The notes beneath the pieces are model-generated. The model saw nothing but the letters and a program-made list of their open reading frames with translations, had not been told where the DNA came from and searched no databases. This document shows, piece after piece, positions 8,804-19,164 of a stretch of 48,600 nt of DNA. The position numbers and the translations under genes are program-made. The stretch is from an uncultured Acidobacteriaceae bacterium (GTDB taxonomy: Bacteria; Acidobacteriota; Terriglobia; Terriglobales; Acidobacteriaceae): positions 1-48,600 of the forward strand of contig CAXTTZ010000002.1 in the NCBI GenBank assembly GCA_964247325.1, in the 5' to 3' direction. Numbering within the stretch: position 1 is the first letter of the stretch; each line of letters begins with the position of its first letter.

Positions 8804-9694
8804 ATGCCTGTTGAGCAGCTCGCTCCGCCGGAGCCTACGATCTCATCCTTGCACCATACCCGCCGCGCCTTTCTGCTGGGGGCCGGGGCAGCGGCGGTGG
8901 GTGTAGGCGCGTTTGCTGGCACCCATGGCCGCCACGAGCTGGAGGTTGTCGAACGCACCTTCGCCCTCGCCAACCTCCCCGATGCTTTTGTGGGCATGCG
9001 TCTCGTGCAGATCTCTGATATCCATCTCGAAGAGTTCACTGAGGCTTTTTACCTGGAACGCGTGGTCGACCAGGTGAATGCTCTTAACCCCGACATGGTC
9101 CTGCTCACCGGCGACTTCATTAGCCGCGGTCCTGCGTCGAAGAAAGTTGCCCTCCACGCCGCCGGCACCGCTGCCGAAATTCTTTCCAACATCCGCGCGC
9201 CCCGGGTCGCTATCCTCGGCAACCACGATGTGGGTGTTAATGCCGACCGCGTCGTCCGCGAGCTGCAGTCCAAAGGCACACCTGTGCTTGTCGACAGCTA
9301 TCTCCCGCTCGAGCGTAAGCGCGAACGCCTCTACATCTGTGGCTCCGATGACGCCGGCGTCCGCACCCCCGATCCCAGCCTCGCGATTCCCGCCGACCCG
9401 CGCGCGCCCGTCATCTACCTCGTCCACGAACCTGACTTCATCGACATCTTCGTCCACCATCCACGCTTCCCGCTGGTCGACCTCATGCTCTCGGGCCACA
9501 CCCACGGCGGCCAAATCCGGCTGCCGCTCATCGGTCCGCTCGTGCTTCCGCCCATGGGCAAGCGCTACGTCGAAGGCCTGTACAGCTTCGGCAAGCTCCA
9601 ACTTTATGTGAACCGCGGTATCGGCACGGTAGGTCTTCCCTTCCGTCTCAACTGCCCTTCCGAGATCACCCACATCACCCTTGAACGTGCTTGA
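8804..9694 (+). CDS. Tat-exported calcineurin-like metallophosphoesterase (YkuE-like)
   Basis: Twin-arginine signal TRRAFLLGAGAAAVG; motifs SDIH, TGD, GNHD, HEPD, GHTHGGQ, NRGIG. Confidence 0.9.
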   Translation: MPVEQLAPPEPTISSLHHTRRAFLLGAGAAAVGVGAFAGTHGRHELEVVERTFALANLPDAFVGMRLVQISDIHLEEFTEAFYLERVVDQVNALNPDMVLLTGDFISRGPASKKVALHAAGTAAEILSNIRAPRVAILGNHDVGVNADRVVRELQSKGTPVLVDSYLPLERKRERLYICGSDDAGVRTPDPSLAIPADPRAPVIYLVHEPDFIDIFVHHPRFPLVDLMLSGHTHGGQIRLPLIGPLVLPPMGKRYVEGLYSFGKLQLYVNRGIGTVGLPFRLNCPSEITHITLERA

Positions 9695-9775
9695 GCTTCA
9701 CTTTTGTGCGCCGCGGGGTATGCGCCCATGTACCCTACCTGCTGCGACGGCGCTCGGACCACTACACTAACAGTT

Positions 9776-11851
9776 ATGCACCTTCGGCCGTTTGCCAGCC
9801 GCCTCGCTGTTCCTCTTCCCTCGATTCGCGTGCTGAGCGCCATTACGGCCTTCTCTGCCAGCTGTTCGTTCGCCCAAATGGCTCCAACCCCCGCCGTGCC
9901 CCCGGCGCAACCAGCACCCGCCAGCAGTCTGCCCTCGGTACCCGCGCCCGTTCCGGCCCAAACGCCCGCCTCTCCTGAGGTGCAAACGCCCGCTCCCTTT
10001 CCGGCGCAAACCACAACGCCTGTCGAGCCTGCCTACCAGGATCCGCTCGAAAAACCTCTGCCCACACCCACTGCGCCTGCCAGCCCCGCGCCGCAGCCGG
10101 TAGAGATGCCCCCTCCCGCTACTGTTGCTTCTCTGCCCTCCATAGCCGTCGACTACCCCACGCCCACGGTCGTCTTTCACGACAATCTTGGCTCGGCCTA
10201 TATCAACGACGACGACACGATCTACCCCATGGCTCTGCGACTTTACTCACTCGGCTACCTAGACTCGGCCTTTATTGGCATGCGGCCCTGGACGCGGCGC
10301 AGCCTCTTCCACATGCTCCAAAAAACCGCGCCGGCGATCCAAGCCGATGACAATGACGAAGCGCTGGGCATCTATGAGCAGCTCATGCGCTATCTGCGCG
10401 CTGAAGATCCCGACGTGCCCGAATCGGCTACGAACTCGCTCCCCAGCCCAGCCGGCGAACCCCAGCGCGGCTCGGTGTACGGCGTCCACACCGTGTACAC
10501 ACGCTTGATGGGCGTCACCGGATTGACCTTGCGGGACAGCTACCACCTGGGTCAAAGCGTTGTGAATGACTACGCTCGTCCGTACCAGCCCGGCTTCAAT
10601 AACATCACAGGCTTTTCCACGCTGAACGAAACTGGGCGCTTTTCCTTGTATGCCCGCGGCGAGTACCAACACGCTCCCAGCGCTGCCGGGTACGATCTTC
10701 CGCTGGCGAGCTATGTCTCCTCTATCGATCAAATCAAATTCGCGGCGCCGAACGCTCCGGCTGACACTGTGCCCTACGGCCCTATACCGTCCTCCAACCC
10801 TTTTCGGCTCCAAGAAGCCGCGCTCTCCTTTCACGTGCTCGGCCATGAGTTTACCGGTGGTAAGTCGGACGCCTGGCTTGGGCCGGCAGCCGGCGGCGCC
10901 ATGGCTTGGAGCAACAACGCCGAAAACATCTACTCGTTTCGCATCAACCGCGTCGAGCCGCTCTATGTCCCGTTGCTCGACAAGGTGCTGGGCCCGGTTC
11001 GCTATGATTTCTTCGTTGGCTCCCTCAAAGGGCACACCGCCCCCAACCAGCCGTGGATTCACTCTGCTATGTTTGCCTTCCGGCCGTCCTCAAACTTTGA
11101 GTTCGGCTTTCAGCGCACCGTCATCTGGGGCGGCCGGGGCCACGAGCCCGTTACCTTCCACACATTTCTGCGCAGTTTCTTTTCCTTTAGTGACACCACC
11201 GGCAATCTCGCCGAAAAGCTAAGTGCAAATGACCCCGGTGCCCGCTTTAGCGACTTCAGCTTTTCGTGGCGGCTGCCGTATCTGCGCAAGTACGTCACCC
11301 TGTACACCGATTCCATCTGCCATGACGATGTCACGCCTGTTAGCGCTCCACGCCGCGCTGCCTACCGGCCCGGTATTTACCTTTCGCAGATTCCGGGCCT
11401 GCGCAAATTTGATCTCCGTGCCGAGGCCACCAGCACTGACACCTCCACACTGCGCAGCATCGGCGGCACCTTCAATTATTTTGAAGGTCTGCAACCGCAG
11501 GGTTACACCAATAAGGGCTTTCTGCTGGGCGACTGGGTCGGCCGCGAAGCCAAAGGCGGTCAAGCTTGGTTAACCTACCATCTGTCCCCCAATGAATGGG
11601 TGCAGCTGGCGTACCTGAATAAGAAGACGCCAAAGGACTTCATTGCAAGCGGCACCACGCAGAACCAGATCAAAGCCGAGGTGGTCAAGCGTTTGCGTCC
11701 GGATGTGGAACTTGACGCCTGGTTCCAGTACGAGCGCTGGGACGCCCCGATCTACAAGGCAACGCACCAAAACGACACCGTCATCGCCGCCCAGTTCACC
11801 TTTTACCCTAAGCTCCGCTCCGCCCCCACTCTACGCGGCACAGGCTGGTAG
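9776..11851 (+). CDS. wzi: Capsule assembly Wzi family outer-membrane protein
   Basis: Signal peptide, Pro-rich linker, RPWTR, WLGP...GAMAWSNNAE, FEFGFQRTVIWGG and YTNKGFLLG motifs typical of the Wzi family; adjacent to the EPS locus. Start codon uncertain. Confidence 0.8.
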   Translation: MHLRPFASRLAVPLPSIRVLSAITAFSASCSFAQMAPTPAVPPAQPAPASSLPSVPAPVPAQTPASPEVQTPAPFPAQTTTPVEPAYQDPLEKPLPTPTAPASPAPQPVEMPPPATVASLPSIAVDYPTPTVVFHDNLGSAYINDDDTIYPMALRLYSLGYLDSAFIGMRPWTRRSLFHMLQKTAPAIQADDNDEALGIYEQLMRYLRAEDPDVPESATNSLPSPAGEPQRGSVYGVHTVYTRLMGVTGLTLRDSYHLGQSVVNDYARPYQPGFNNITGFSTLNETGRFSLYARGEYQHAPSAAGYDLPLASYVSSIDQIKFAAPNAPADTVPYGPIPSSNPFRLQEAALSFHVLGHEFTGGKSDAWLGPAAGGAMAWSNNAENIYSFRINRVEPLYVPLLDKVLGPVRYDFFVGSLKGHTAPNQPWIHSAMFAFRPSSNFEFGFQRTVIWGGRGHEPVTFHTFLRSFFSFSDTTGNLAEKLSANDPGARFSDFSFSWRLPYLRKYVTLYTDSICHDDVTPVSAPRRAAYRPGIYLSQIPGLRKFDLRAEATSTDTSTLRSIGGTFNYFEGLQPQGYTNKGFLLGDWVGREAKGGQAWLTYHLSPNEWVQLAYLNKKTPKDFIASGTTQNQIKAEVVKRLRPDVELDAWFQYERWDAPIYKATHQNDTVIAAQFTFYPKLRSAPTLRGTGW

Positions 11852-11915
11852 GGAGCTGTGGGAGTGGAAGACGATGGATGAATTTGCCCAGCAGCTCCTC
11901 TTTTTTGAAACTGTT

Positions 11916-12010
11916 GTTGTCATCCCGTAGCGCAGCGGAGGAATCTGCTGTTTGCTCTGTGTTTCATTGCCTCTACATGCAAATAGCAGATTTCCTTCGG
12001 GAATGACTAC
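11916..12010. repeat. Intergenic palindromic (REP-like) element between convergent genes
   Basis: GTCATCCCG (11919) pairs with CGGGAATGAC (11998-12007), and GGAATCTGCT (11940) pairs with AGCAGATTTCC (11985), forming a long imperfect hairpin with an internal GCGCAGCGGAGG. Confidence 0.7.
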
Positions 12011-12138
12011 CAGAAAAAGCAGGAACTGCACGTTTCGGAAAGAGCGCAAGGGGTTTAACAATTAGTGCGTAGGTAGAGCGTGACATGTATTTAGCGTAAA
12101 GGCATGGCGGCTGCGCCCAACGTTGGCTACCGCGCACT

Positions 12139-13095
12139 CTACACTGCTTGCGCCACCGGCTGCTTTTCCGCCTCCACACACGCTTCGAAGTAGGCCAGCG
12201 AGCGTTGCAATCCCTCGCGCAATGGCACCACCGGCGTCCAGCCCAGTAGACGTTGCGCCTTGGAGATGTCCGGCCGGCGCTGCTTGGGATCATCCTGCGG
12301 CAACGGCTTGAAGGTGATCTCGCACTTGGAGCCGAGGAGGTTTTGAATCTCCTGGGCACACTCCAGAATGGTCCATTCCGTCGGGTTTCCGATGTTGGTC
12401 GGATCGTGCTCGTCCGACTTCGCCAGCCGCACAATGCCCTCGATCAAGTCCGACACATAGCAAAAGCTGCGCGTTTGCGACCCGTCCCCATACACCGTCA
12501 ACGGCTCGCCGCGGAGCGCCTGCATCATCAGGTTTGAGATCACACGGCCATCGTTGGCCTGGAGCCGCGGTCCATAGGTGTTAAAGATCCGCACCAGATG
12601 TGTGTTGACCTTGTGGTATCGCCGGTAAGCGGCGACGGCGGCTTCAGAAAAACGCTTTGCCTCGTCATACACTGACCGCGGCCCGATCGGGTTCACGTTG
12701 CCCCAATAGCTTTCCACCTGAGGGTGCACCTCAGGATCGCCATAGCACTCCGAGGTCGACGCGTGGAGATAACCCGCGTCGTAACGCCGCGCAATCTCTA
12801 GAGTTTGCAGCGTTCCCGCCGAACCAACCTGCAGCGTTTCAATGCCAAGCCGGATGTAATCCACCGGGCTCGCGGGCGAAGCAAAGTTGTAGACAAACTC
12901 AACCGGTCCCGGGTCATAGGGCTGGCAAATGTCGACCTGTTCGAAGCGAAAACGAGGTTCTTTCGCCAGATGCTGCAGATTTTGCAGGCTCCCGGTTGAA
13001 AGATTGTCGACCCCCAGCACCTCATGCCCTTCGCCTAGCAGCTTGTCGCAAAGGTGCGACCCAAGAAATCCTGCCGCTCCTGTTACCAAAATCAT
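12139..13095 (-). CDS. UDP-glucuronate decarboxylase (UDP-xylose synthase) family NAD-dependent enzyme
   Basis: [61 protein letters not shown]. Confidence 0.92.
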   Translation of the reverse strand: MILVTGAAGFLGSHLCDKLLGEGHEVLGVDNLSTGSLQNLQHLAKEPRFRFEQVDICQPYDPGPVEFVYNFASPASPVDYIRLGIETLQVGSAGTLQTLEIARRYDAGYLHASTSECYGDPEVHPQVESYWGNVNPIGPRSVYDEAKRFSEAAVAAYRRYHKVNTHLVRIFNTYGPRLQANDGRVISNLMMQALRGEPLTVYGDGSQTRSFCYVSDLIEGIVRLAKSDEHDPTNIGNPTEWTILECAQEIQNLLGSKCEITFKPLPQDDPKQRRPDISKAQRLLGWTPVVPLREGLQRSLAYFEACVEAEKQPVAQAV

Positions 13096-13129
13096 GACCG
13101 CTCCTTTGCGCCCGACGCCTGCTGCGTGT

Positions 13130-14539
13130 TCATGCGCTCACCGCCAAGGGCTCGCGCACGGGCGTCGCCGCGGAACGCCCCACGCTGATGTAGGTAAATC
13201 CATGCTCAAGCATCTGCTTGGGCTCATACAGGTTGCGACCGTCCACGATGATGGGGTATCGCATCAGCTCGTGAAGCTGCGCCAAGTCTAAAGCCGCAAA
13301 TTCCTTCCAATCGGTAAGGATAAGCAGCGCATCGGCGTCGCGTGCAGCGTCCTGGGCAGAGGCGGCATAGCGCATCTGCGCGCTTTCGGGCAGCTCCGCG
13401 CGCGCGCGGTCCATGGCAGCGGGGTCGTAGGCGTCCACGCTGCAACCTTCGCTCAACAGCATCTCAATCAGATCGAGGGCTGGGGACTCACGAATATCGT
13501 CGGTCTCGCCTTTAAACGCCAATCCCAATACCGCCAGCCGCTTGCCGCGCAGGGTCCAAAGCGCGGAGCGCACCTTGGACAGAAAGCGCTTCTTCTGCGC
13601 AACGTTGATCTTTTCGACCTCTTTGAGTAGGCAGAAGTCCACGCCCAATTGCTCTGCGACTGACCGAAATGCAGCTACATCCTTGGGGAAACAGGATCCG
13701 CCATAACCAATGCCCGGCCGCAGAAACTTTGGACCGATACGCGAATCGAGCCCAATGCCGCGCGCCACCTGCTCCACATCGGCGTCGGCCGCCTCGCACA
13801 GGTTGGCCACCGCGTTGATGAACGAGATCTTGAGCGCCAGGAAGGAGTTCGACGCGTGTTTGATGATCTCCGCACTCTTGGTCGAAGTCAGCAGCAGCTG
13901 CGGAGGCTGCGCTGCCGTGCAGACACCCGGAATGACATGGCCGGTCTCGTAATAGCTACCCTCAGTCAGCGGGGCGTAGATGGATTTGAGCACAGCGGCT
14001 GCCCGGCTGCTATCGGCGCCGACCACGATCCGATCCGGATGTAGGAAGTCTTCCACCGCCGTACCTTCCCGCAAAAATTCGGGGTTCGACACCACATCGA
14101 ACATCTCGCGGCGCACGCCGTTTCGCTCGATCACGCGCCGGATCCACTCATTGGTATAGACCGGGACCGTGCTTTTTTCCACAATCACTTTGTAGGAGGT
14201 AATATGCCGCGCGATCTCGCTGGCCACGGCCTCCACATAGGACAGATCGGCATCCCCTGTCTCCGATTGCGGGGTGCCGACCGCGATGAAGATCGCATCG
14301 CTTTGCTGCGTGGCTTCCGCCAGATCGGTGGTAAAGCGAACCTTTTGATTTCGGTAGCGTTCCAGCAACTCCGGCAGGTGATTCTCGTGAATGAGCGTAT
14401 CGCCGCCGCGCAGCGCTGCCACCTTGCGCTCGTCGTTGTCGACGCATACCACCTGATGACCCATCTCCGCGAAACAAACGGCGGCCACAAGACCAACATA
14501 GCCGGAGCCCACGACAGCAATCTGATTCCCTGCGCTCAT
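13130..14539 (-). CDS. ugd: UDP-glucose 6-dehydrogenase
   Basis: [43 protein letters not shown]; GGAG RBS before ATG 14539. Confidence 0.95.
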   Translation of the reverse strand: MSAGNQIAVVGSGYVGLVAAVCFAEMGHQVVCVDNDERKVAALRGGDTLIHENHLPELLERYRNQKVRFTTDLAEATQQSDAIFIAVGTPQSETGDADLSYVEAVASEIARHITSYKVIVEKSTVPVYTNEWIRRVIERNGVRREMFDVVSNPEFLREGTAVEDFLHPDRIVVGADSSRAAAVLKSIYAPLTEGSYYETGHVIPGVCTAAQPPQLLLTSTKSAEIIKHASNSFLALKISFINAVANLCEAADADVEQVARGIGLDSRIGPKFLRPGIGYGGSCFPKDVAAFRSVAEQLGVDFCLLKEVEKINVAQKKRFLSKVRSALWTLRGKRLAVLGLAFKGETDDIRESPALDLIEMLLSEGCSVDAYDPAAMDRARAELPESAQMRYAASAQDAARDADALLILTDWKEFAALDLAQLHELMRYPIIVDGRNLYEPKQMLEHGFTYISVGRSAATPVREPLAVSA

Positions 14540-14663
14540 TTTTCTCCCAAACTCCACAACATCGACTAAGTAGAACTATCCTAAGCCACACAGGTGCTTC
14601 CTCATATACCCATTCGGGCAACCTTTGGTAACCTCGTGTTATCTCTCGGGTAAACTGGAGTCA

Positions 14664-16913
14664 ATGACGCCGTTTCATCTCGAGTCAAGCAGCGTGGCTC
14701 CGGCCCCTGCCGCTGGGGCACCGTTCGATACCCCGAGCGCCGACACCAGTCTTTCCGACTCGATTCTTGTTCTCCGGAAACGCAAATGGCTCATCATCGG
14801 CGCGGCGCTGCTGGGCGGGCTGTACGGTTATTACAAGGCGGAAACGCAGCCTCGGCTATATGAGGCTTACGGCAATATCGAGATACGCAGCGGTGCTGCC
14901 TCCGAGTACCGCGTCGCCCCGACGCCCCTAGCCGAAGACACCTATGACATCCCGACCCAGACCGCCATTTTGAAGAGCGACAGCCTCCTGCTTACGGTGG
15001 CGCGCGATCTGGATCTTCCTAACAATCCGGTCTTTACCGGCGCGCGCGGCCCCACGCCACACGTCAGCCTCGAGGACCTTGCCGTGCGCGAGGGCACCAT
15101 CAATGCGCTGCAGGGCGACATCACGGTTGCGCCGATCCCGAAGACCGACATCGTCCGCATCTCGTGCAAAACGCTCAATGCAAAGCTTTCGGCCGAGATC
15201 ATCAACAAGCTCGTGCAGGAGTACATCCAGCGCAGCTTCCAGTCTCGCTTCGACGCGACCAAGCTTGTTTCCAACTGGCTTTCCAATCAGTTGGGTGACC
15301 TGAAACAGCAGGTGGAAACCTCGCAAGAGCAGCTGATCGACCTGGGCAAGCGGCTCGGCGTTTTGGGCTTCGACACGAGCCACAACGAGATCACCACGGG
15401 CATCGACGACCTGACCCGCGCCGCCGGCCAAGCGCAGATCGCGCGCATCATCGCCGAGTCGCGCTATCGCGTGCTGGAGGGCATGGACCCTAACGCGCTG
15501 GACGCCTCGATCGGCAGCATCGGCACGGGCAGCGACGCGACCCTGAACACGTTGCGGGCGCAGCGCGAACAGTTGCGCGCGCAGTTGGCCGGCGTGGACA
15601 CCACGGCTGGCCCCAACCTGCCGCGCGAAAAGGCTCTACGGGCGCAGCTTGATACCCTGGACCACGGCATTGCGGAGGAGCAAAGCCGGCTGCTGACCCA
15701 GGCCAAGGAAAATTTGGTCGCCGCCCGGGCCAACGAGACGCAAACGCGCGGTGCGCTCGAAGCCGCAAAGTCTGATGCCTATAAGCTGCGCAACGATCTA
15801 GTCGAGTACACCATCCGGCAGCGTGAGTTCGACTCCAACCGGACGTTATACGAAGGGCTGCTGCAACGGCTGCGCACAGCCGGCGTGCAAGCCGGGCTGG
15901 AGTCGCAGGAGATCGATATTGTAGACAACGCGACGCCTCCGGTTTCGCCGTCGCTGGAGCCGAAAGGCCGCATGCTGCTAATCAACATCCTCGTCTTTTC
16001 CGGAGTGGCCGTAATCCTTGCCTTCATCCTTGAAAGCCTGGACACCAGCTTGAGCAGTGTGGCGGAGATCGAAACGATCTCCGGACTGCCCTCCTTGGCG
16101 CTCATTCCCAAGGCGCGGCGGCCGGCGGATGCGGGCACGCTCAGCCCCGCGCAGCGCAACCTCCTTGTGCTTTCCAGCCCAAAATCGCAGTTTGCCGAGG
16201 CGTTTCGCGCCCTGCGCACCTCGCTGCTGCTGTCGGTCGCCGGCCGCGAGCCGCAGCTCATTCTTTTGACCAGCGCGACCCCGTCCGAAGGCAAGACGAC
16301 TGCCTCGCTCAACCTTGCGGCCGTGCTCGCTCAGCGGGGCGTGCGCGTGTTGCTGATCGACGCCGACCTGCGCCGGCCGACGGTGCATCACCGCTTCGGT
16401 TTGAACGGCAAAGTCGGGCTCACCTCGGTGCTTACCGGCAGCTTGCCGCTTAGCGAAGCGGTCCAAACACTGCCCGAGCTGCCGACCTTGGACGTGTTGG
16501 CCAGCGGGCCCATTCCACCGTTCCCGACCGAAATGCTCAGCTCCGACGCCATGCGCCAGCTACTCGAGGAGTATAAAGGCTTGTACACCCATATCGTGAT
16601 GGATTCGCCACCGCTGCTTTCAGTGACCGATAGCGTGGTGCTGGCGCGCGGCGCCGATGCGGTGGTGCTGATCGTGCGCTACGGCAAATCGACCAAGCAC
16701 GCCGTCCGCCGGGCGCGCGACCTCCTGGTGCGCTCGGGCGCCAAGCTGTCCGGTCTGGCCCTCAACGCGGTCGATCTAAACTCGCCGGAGTACTACGCGT
16801 ACTATGGGTACTCGGGCTATGCCGGCTACGGCTCGGGGGGCGTGGAGAGCAAGGCGTGGGACCCCGAAGCCGGCTCGGCAGCAGGCGGCACGCGGCCGGG
16901 AGGCAAGCTATGA
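14664..16913 (+). CDS. wzc: Polysaccharide co-polymerase/BY-kinase (Wzc/GumC-type)
   Basis: Two TM helices flanking a coiled coil; AEAFRALRT, Walker A SATPSEGKTT, A' LLIDAD, B IVMDSPP, and a C-terminal Tyr cluster EYYAYYGYSGYAGY. Confidence 0.93.
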   Translation: MTPFHLESSSVAPAPAAGAPFDTPSADTSLSDSILVLRKRKWLIIGAALLGGLYGYYKAETQPRLYEAYGNIEIRSGAASEYRVAPTPLAEDTYDIPTQTAILKSDSLLLTVARDLDLPNNPVFTGARGPTPHVSLEDLAVREGTINALQGDITVAPIPKTDIVRISCKTLNAKLSAEIINKLVQEYIQRSFQSRFDATKLVSNWLSNQLGDLKQQVETSQEQLIDLGKRLGVLGFDTSHNEITTGIDDLTRAAGQAQIARIIAESRYRVLEGMDPNALDASIGSIGTGSDATLNTLRAQREQLRAQLAGVDTTAGPNLPREKALRAQLDTLDHGIAEEQSRLLTQAKENLVAARANETQTRGALEAAKSDAYKLRNDLVEYTIRQREFDSNRTLYEGLLQRLRTAGVQAGLESQEIDIVDNATPPVSPSLEPKGRMLLINILVFSGVAVILAFILESLDTSLSSVAEIETISGLPSLALIPKARRPADAGTLSPAQRNLLVLSSPKSQFAEAFRALRTSLLLSVAGREPQLILLTSATPSEGKTTASLNLAAVLAQRGVRVLLIDADLRRPTVHHRFGLNGKVGLTSVLTGSLPLSEAVQTLPELPTLDVLASGPIPPFPTEMLSSDAMRQLLEEYKGLYTHIVMDSPPLLSVTDSVVLARGADAVVLIVRYGKSTKHAVRRARDLLVRSGAKLSGLALNAVDLNSPEYYAYYGYSGYAGYGSGGVESKAWDPEAGSAAGGTRPGGKL

Positions 16914-17908
16914 GCTTCGTGAGCTTGCGGCTAATGCCGCTATGGCGCTTTGGGCTTATCTTCGTTCTGCTGGCGAGCTTGGCCCTCCGTACCACGGCGG
17001 CGGCGCAATACAACGGCCCACCCACGGCGGCTGACCGCTCCGCCTCTGCCACGGTGACGACCGACACGGCGGTCCTAAACCCGACCTCGCCCGATACGGT
17101 ACTGAACGTCGGTGATCTGGTCTCCGTTCGGCTGTTTGGCGACCCTGACTACACGGCCAACACGCGGCTCGGCGCGGATGGCACGGTGCTTTTGCCTTTG
17201 ATCGGCAGCGTTGCATTGCGCGGCGTCAACGTTCGCGACGCCGAGCAGCTGATCGCGCAAAAGCTCCAAACGGCAGGCATGTATCGCAACCCCCAGGTCA
17301 TTTTGCAGATCACGGAAGGGCCGGCAGCGGTGGTCACGCTTGCCGGCGAGATGCACGCCGTTGTACCGATCATTGGTTCGCGCAACCTGTTCTCCGTGCT
17401 CGCTGCCGGCGGCGGCCTGCCCTCCACAGCCAGCCGCACCGTCACCATCCTGCGGCCGGGTCAGGCCGAGCCCCTCTCGGTGGATATCGGCAACGACCCT
17501 GCCCACAGCGCTTCGGCGAACATCCCGGTCTTCGCGGGCGATACCCTGCTCATTTCACGGATCGGCGTCGTGTATGTGCTCGGCGAGTTTCGTGCTCCCG
17601 GCCTGGTGCCGCTGACCAACTACGGTCCGCTGACCTTGACGCAGGTGTCCGCCGTGGTGGGCGGCCCGCTGTTCGATGCCAAGTATAAGGAGTTGCACCT
17701 CATTCGCACCGCCGGCGACCGCCGCACCGTTACCACGCTCAACATCCGCGATGTGCTGTACGGCCGCGTACCGGACCCCATCATGCAGCCGAACGACATC
17801 GTATTTCTGCCGCCCAGCGTGCTCAAGGCCTCGGTCAGCAACGGCAGCCTCGGCTCCATTCTGGGTGTCATCTCGTTTGCGCTGGCCGCCGTGTCGACCT
17901 TTCGCTGA
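16910..17908 (+). CDS. wza: Polysaccharide export (OPX/Wza-like) protein with SLBB domains
   Basis: Poly_export motif LNVGDLVSV...DGTVLLPLIGSV...YRNPQV, SLBB repeats (VYVLGEFRAPG, PNDIVFLP); ATGA overlap with wzc. Confidence 0.85.
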   Translation: MSFVSLRLMPLWRFGLIFVLLASLALRTTAAAQYNGPPTAADRSASATVTTDTAVLNPTSPDTVLNVGDLVSVRLFGDPDYTANTRLGADGTVLLPLIGSVALRGVNVRDAEQLIAQKLQTAGMYRNPQVILQITEGPAAVVTLAGEMHAVVPIIGSRNLFSVLAAGGGLPSTASRTVTILRPGQAEPLSVDIGNDPAHSASANIPVFAGDTLLISRIGVVYVLGEFRAPGLVPLTNYGPLTLTQVSAVVGGPLFDAKYKELHLIRTAGDRRTVTTLNIRDVLYGRVPDPIMQPNDIVFLPPSVLKASVSNGSLGSILGVISFALAAVSTFR

Positions 17909-17914
17909 GGCCGT

Positions 17915-19159
17915 GTGAACGAAGGCATCGCTGGAACAGACCGGCGGGTCCGGCTCGCCTATCTGGTCAGCCACCCGATCCAATACCAGGCGCCGCTGCT
18001 GCGCCGTATCGCCCAGGAGCCGGACATCGACCTCCTCGTGCTGTTCGGCTCCCATTTTTCGGTGAGGTCGCATCATGACGAAGGTTTCGGCATGACGTTT
18101 GCCTGGGACATTCCGCTGCTGGAGGGCTACCAATCGCGTTTGCTGCCTGCATGGCGCGATCCCGGCACGGTGTCGGCCACCACGCCGTGGAGCCGTGGCC
18201 TCCTGCGCGCCCTGTGCGCCGCCGACGGCTCGCCCGCTTTTGACGCGCTGTGGGTGCATGGGTATGCAAGCCTTAACTCGCTCGGGGCCATGCTGGCGGC
18301 CAAGGCCCTGGGCATTCCGGTGCTGCTGCGCGCCGAGAGCTGGCTCGCGGATCGTCCCCGGACGTGGCGAACGCTGCTTGGCAAGCGGGCCTTCTTCGCC
18401 GCCCTGCGGCCGCTCGTTTCCGGTGTGCTGCCCATTGGCTCGCAAAATGCCCAGTATTGGCGACAGTACCTCCGTGCGGGCGTGCCGCAGTTTGCTATGC
18501 CCTATGCGGTCGACAACGCGTTCTTTGCGGAGCAAACCAGCTTGGCCGAGGCCCGATTGCCGGCGCTGCGCGCGGAGTTGGACCTCGTTCCGGGGCGGCC
18601 CGTGATTCTGTTTGCCTCCAAGCTCCAGGCCCGCAAGCATGCAGACGATCTTCTAGCGGCGTTCAGCAAGCTTTGCGAGCGTGGGTCATGCTATGCGCCT
18701 CCATACTTGGTTGTCGTGGGCGACGGGCCGGAGCGGGCGGCGCTCGAGGCCCAGGCGCGGGCCCTGAACCTAACAGCCGCGGTGCGCTTTGCCGGCTTTC
18801 GCAACCAAACCGAGCTGCCCGGCTTCTTCGCTTTGGCTGAAGTTTTTGTGTTGCCCGCACAGCACGAGCCGTGGGGCTTGGTGGTGAACGAGGCCATGGC
18901 CGCGGGCCGGCCCGTGGTGGTGTCGAGCGACGTCGGCGCCGCCGCCGATCTGGTGCAAGACAGCGTAAACGGCTTTGTGTACCCTACCGGAAACCTCGAT
19001 GCGCTTGCCTCGGCGCTGGCCGCCGTGCTCGGCTCCCCGACAACCGCGGCGGCCATGGGAAGAGCGGCTGCCGAACATATGCGCACCTGGGACTTTGAGG
19101 CCGACCTCGCCGGACTGCGCCGCGCCTTGGCCTCCGTCACCGGAAAAATACGGGCCTGA
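17915..19159 (+). CDS. Glycosyltransferase, GT4 family
   Basis: SHPIQYQAPL N-terminus, VVGDGPER, FVLP..HEPWGLVVNEAMAAG (EX7E). Confidence 0.92.
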   Translation: MNEGIAGTDRRVRLAYLVSHPIQYQAPLLRRIAQEPDIDLLVLFGSHFSVRSHHDEGFGMTFAWDIPLLEGYQSRLLPAWRDPGTVSATTPWSRGLLRALCAADGSPAFDALWVHGYASLNSLGAMLAAKALGIPVLLRAESWLADRPRTWRTLLGKRAFFAALRPLVSGVLPIGSQNAQYWRQYLRAGVPQFAMPYAVDNAFFAEQTSLAEARLPALRAELDLVPGRPVILFASKLQARKHADDLLAAFSKLCERGSCYAPPYLVVVGDGPERAALEAQARALNLTAAVRFAGFRNQTELPGFFALAEVFVLPAQHEPWGLVVNEAMAAGRPVVVSSDVGAAADLVQDSVNGFVYPTGNLDALASALAAVLGSPTTAAAMGRAAAEHMRTWDFEADLAGLRRALASVTGKIRA

Positions 19160-19164
19160 CCTCC

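Noticed and set aside
9880-10170. Repeat-like Pro/Ala-rich DNA
   Set aside because: Low-complexity protein linker of Wzi, not a DNA repeat array.
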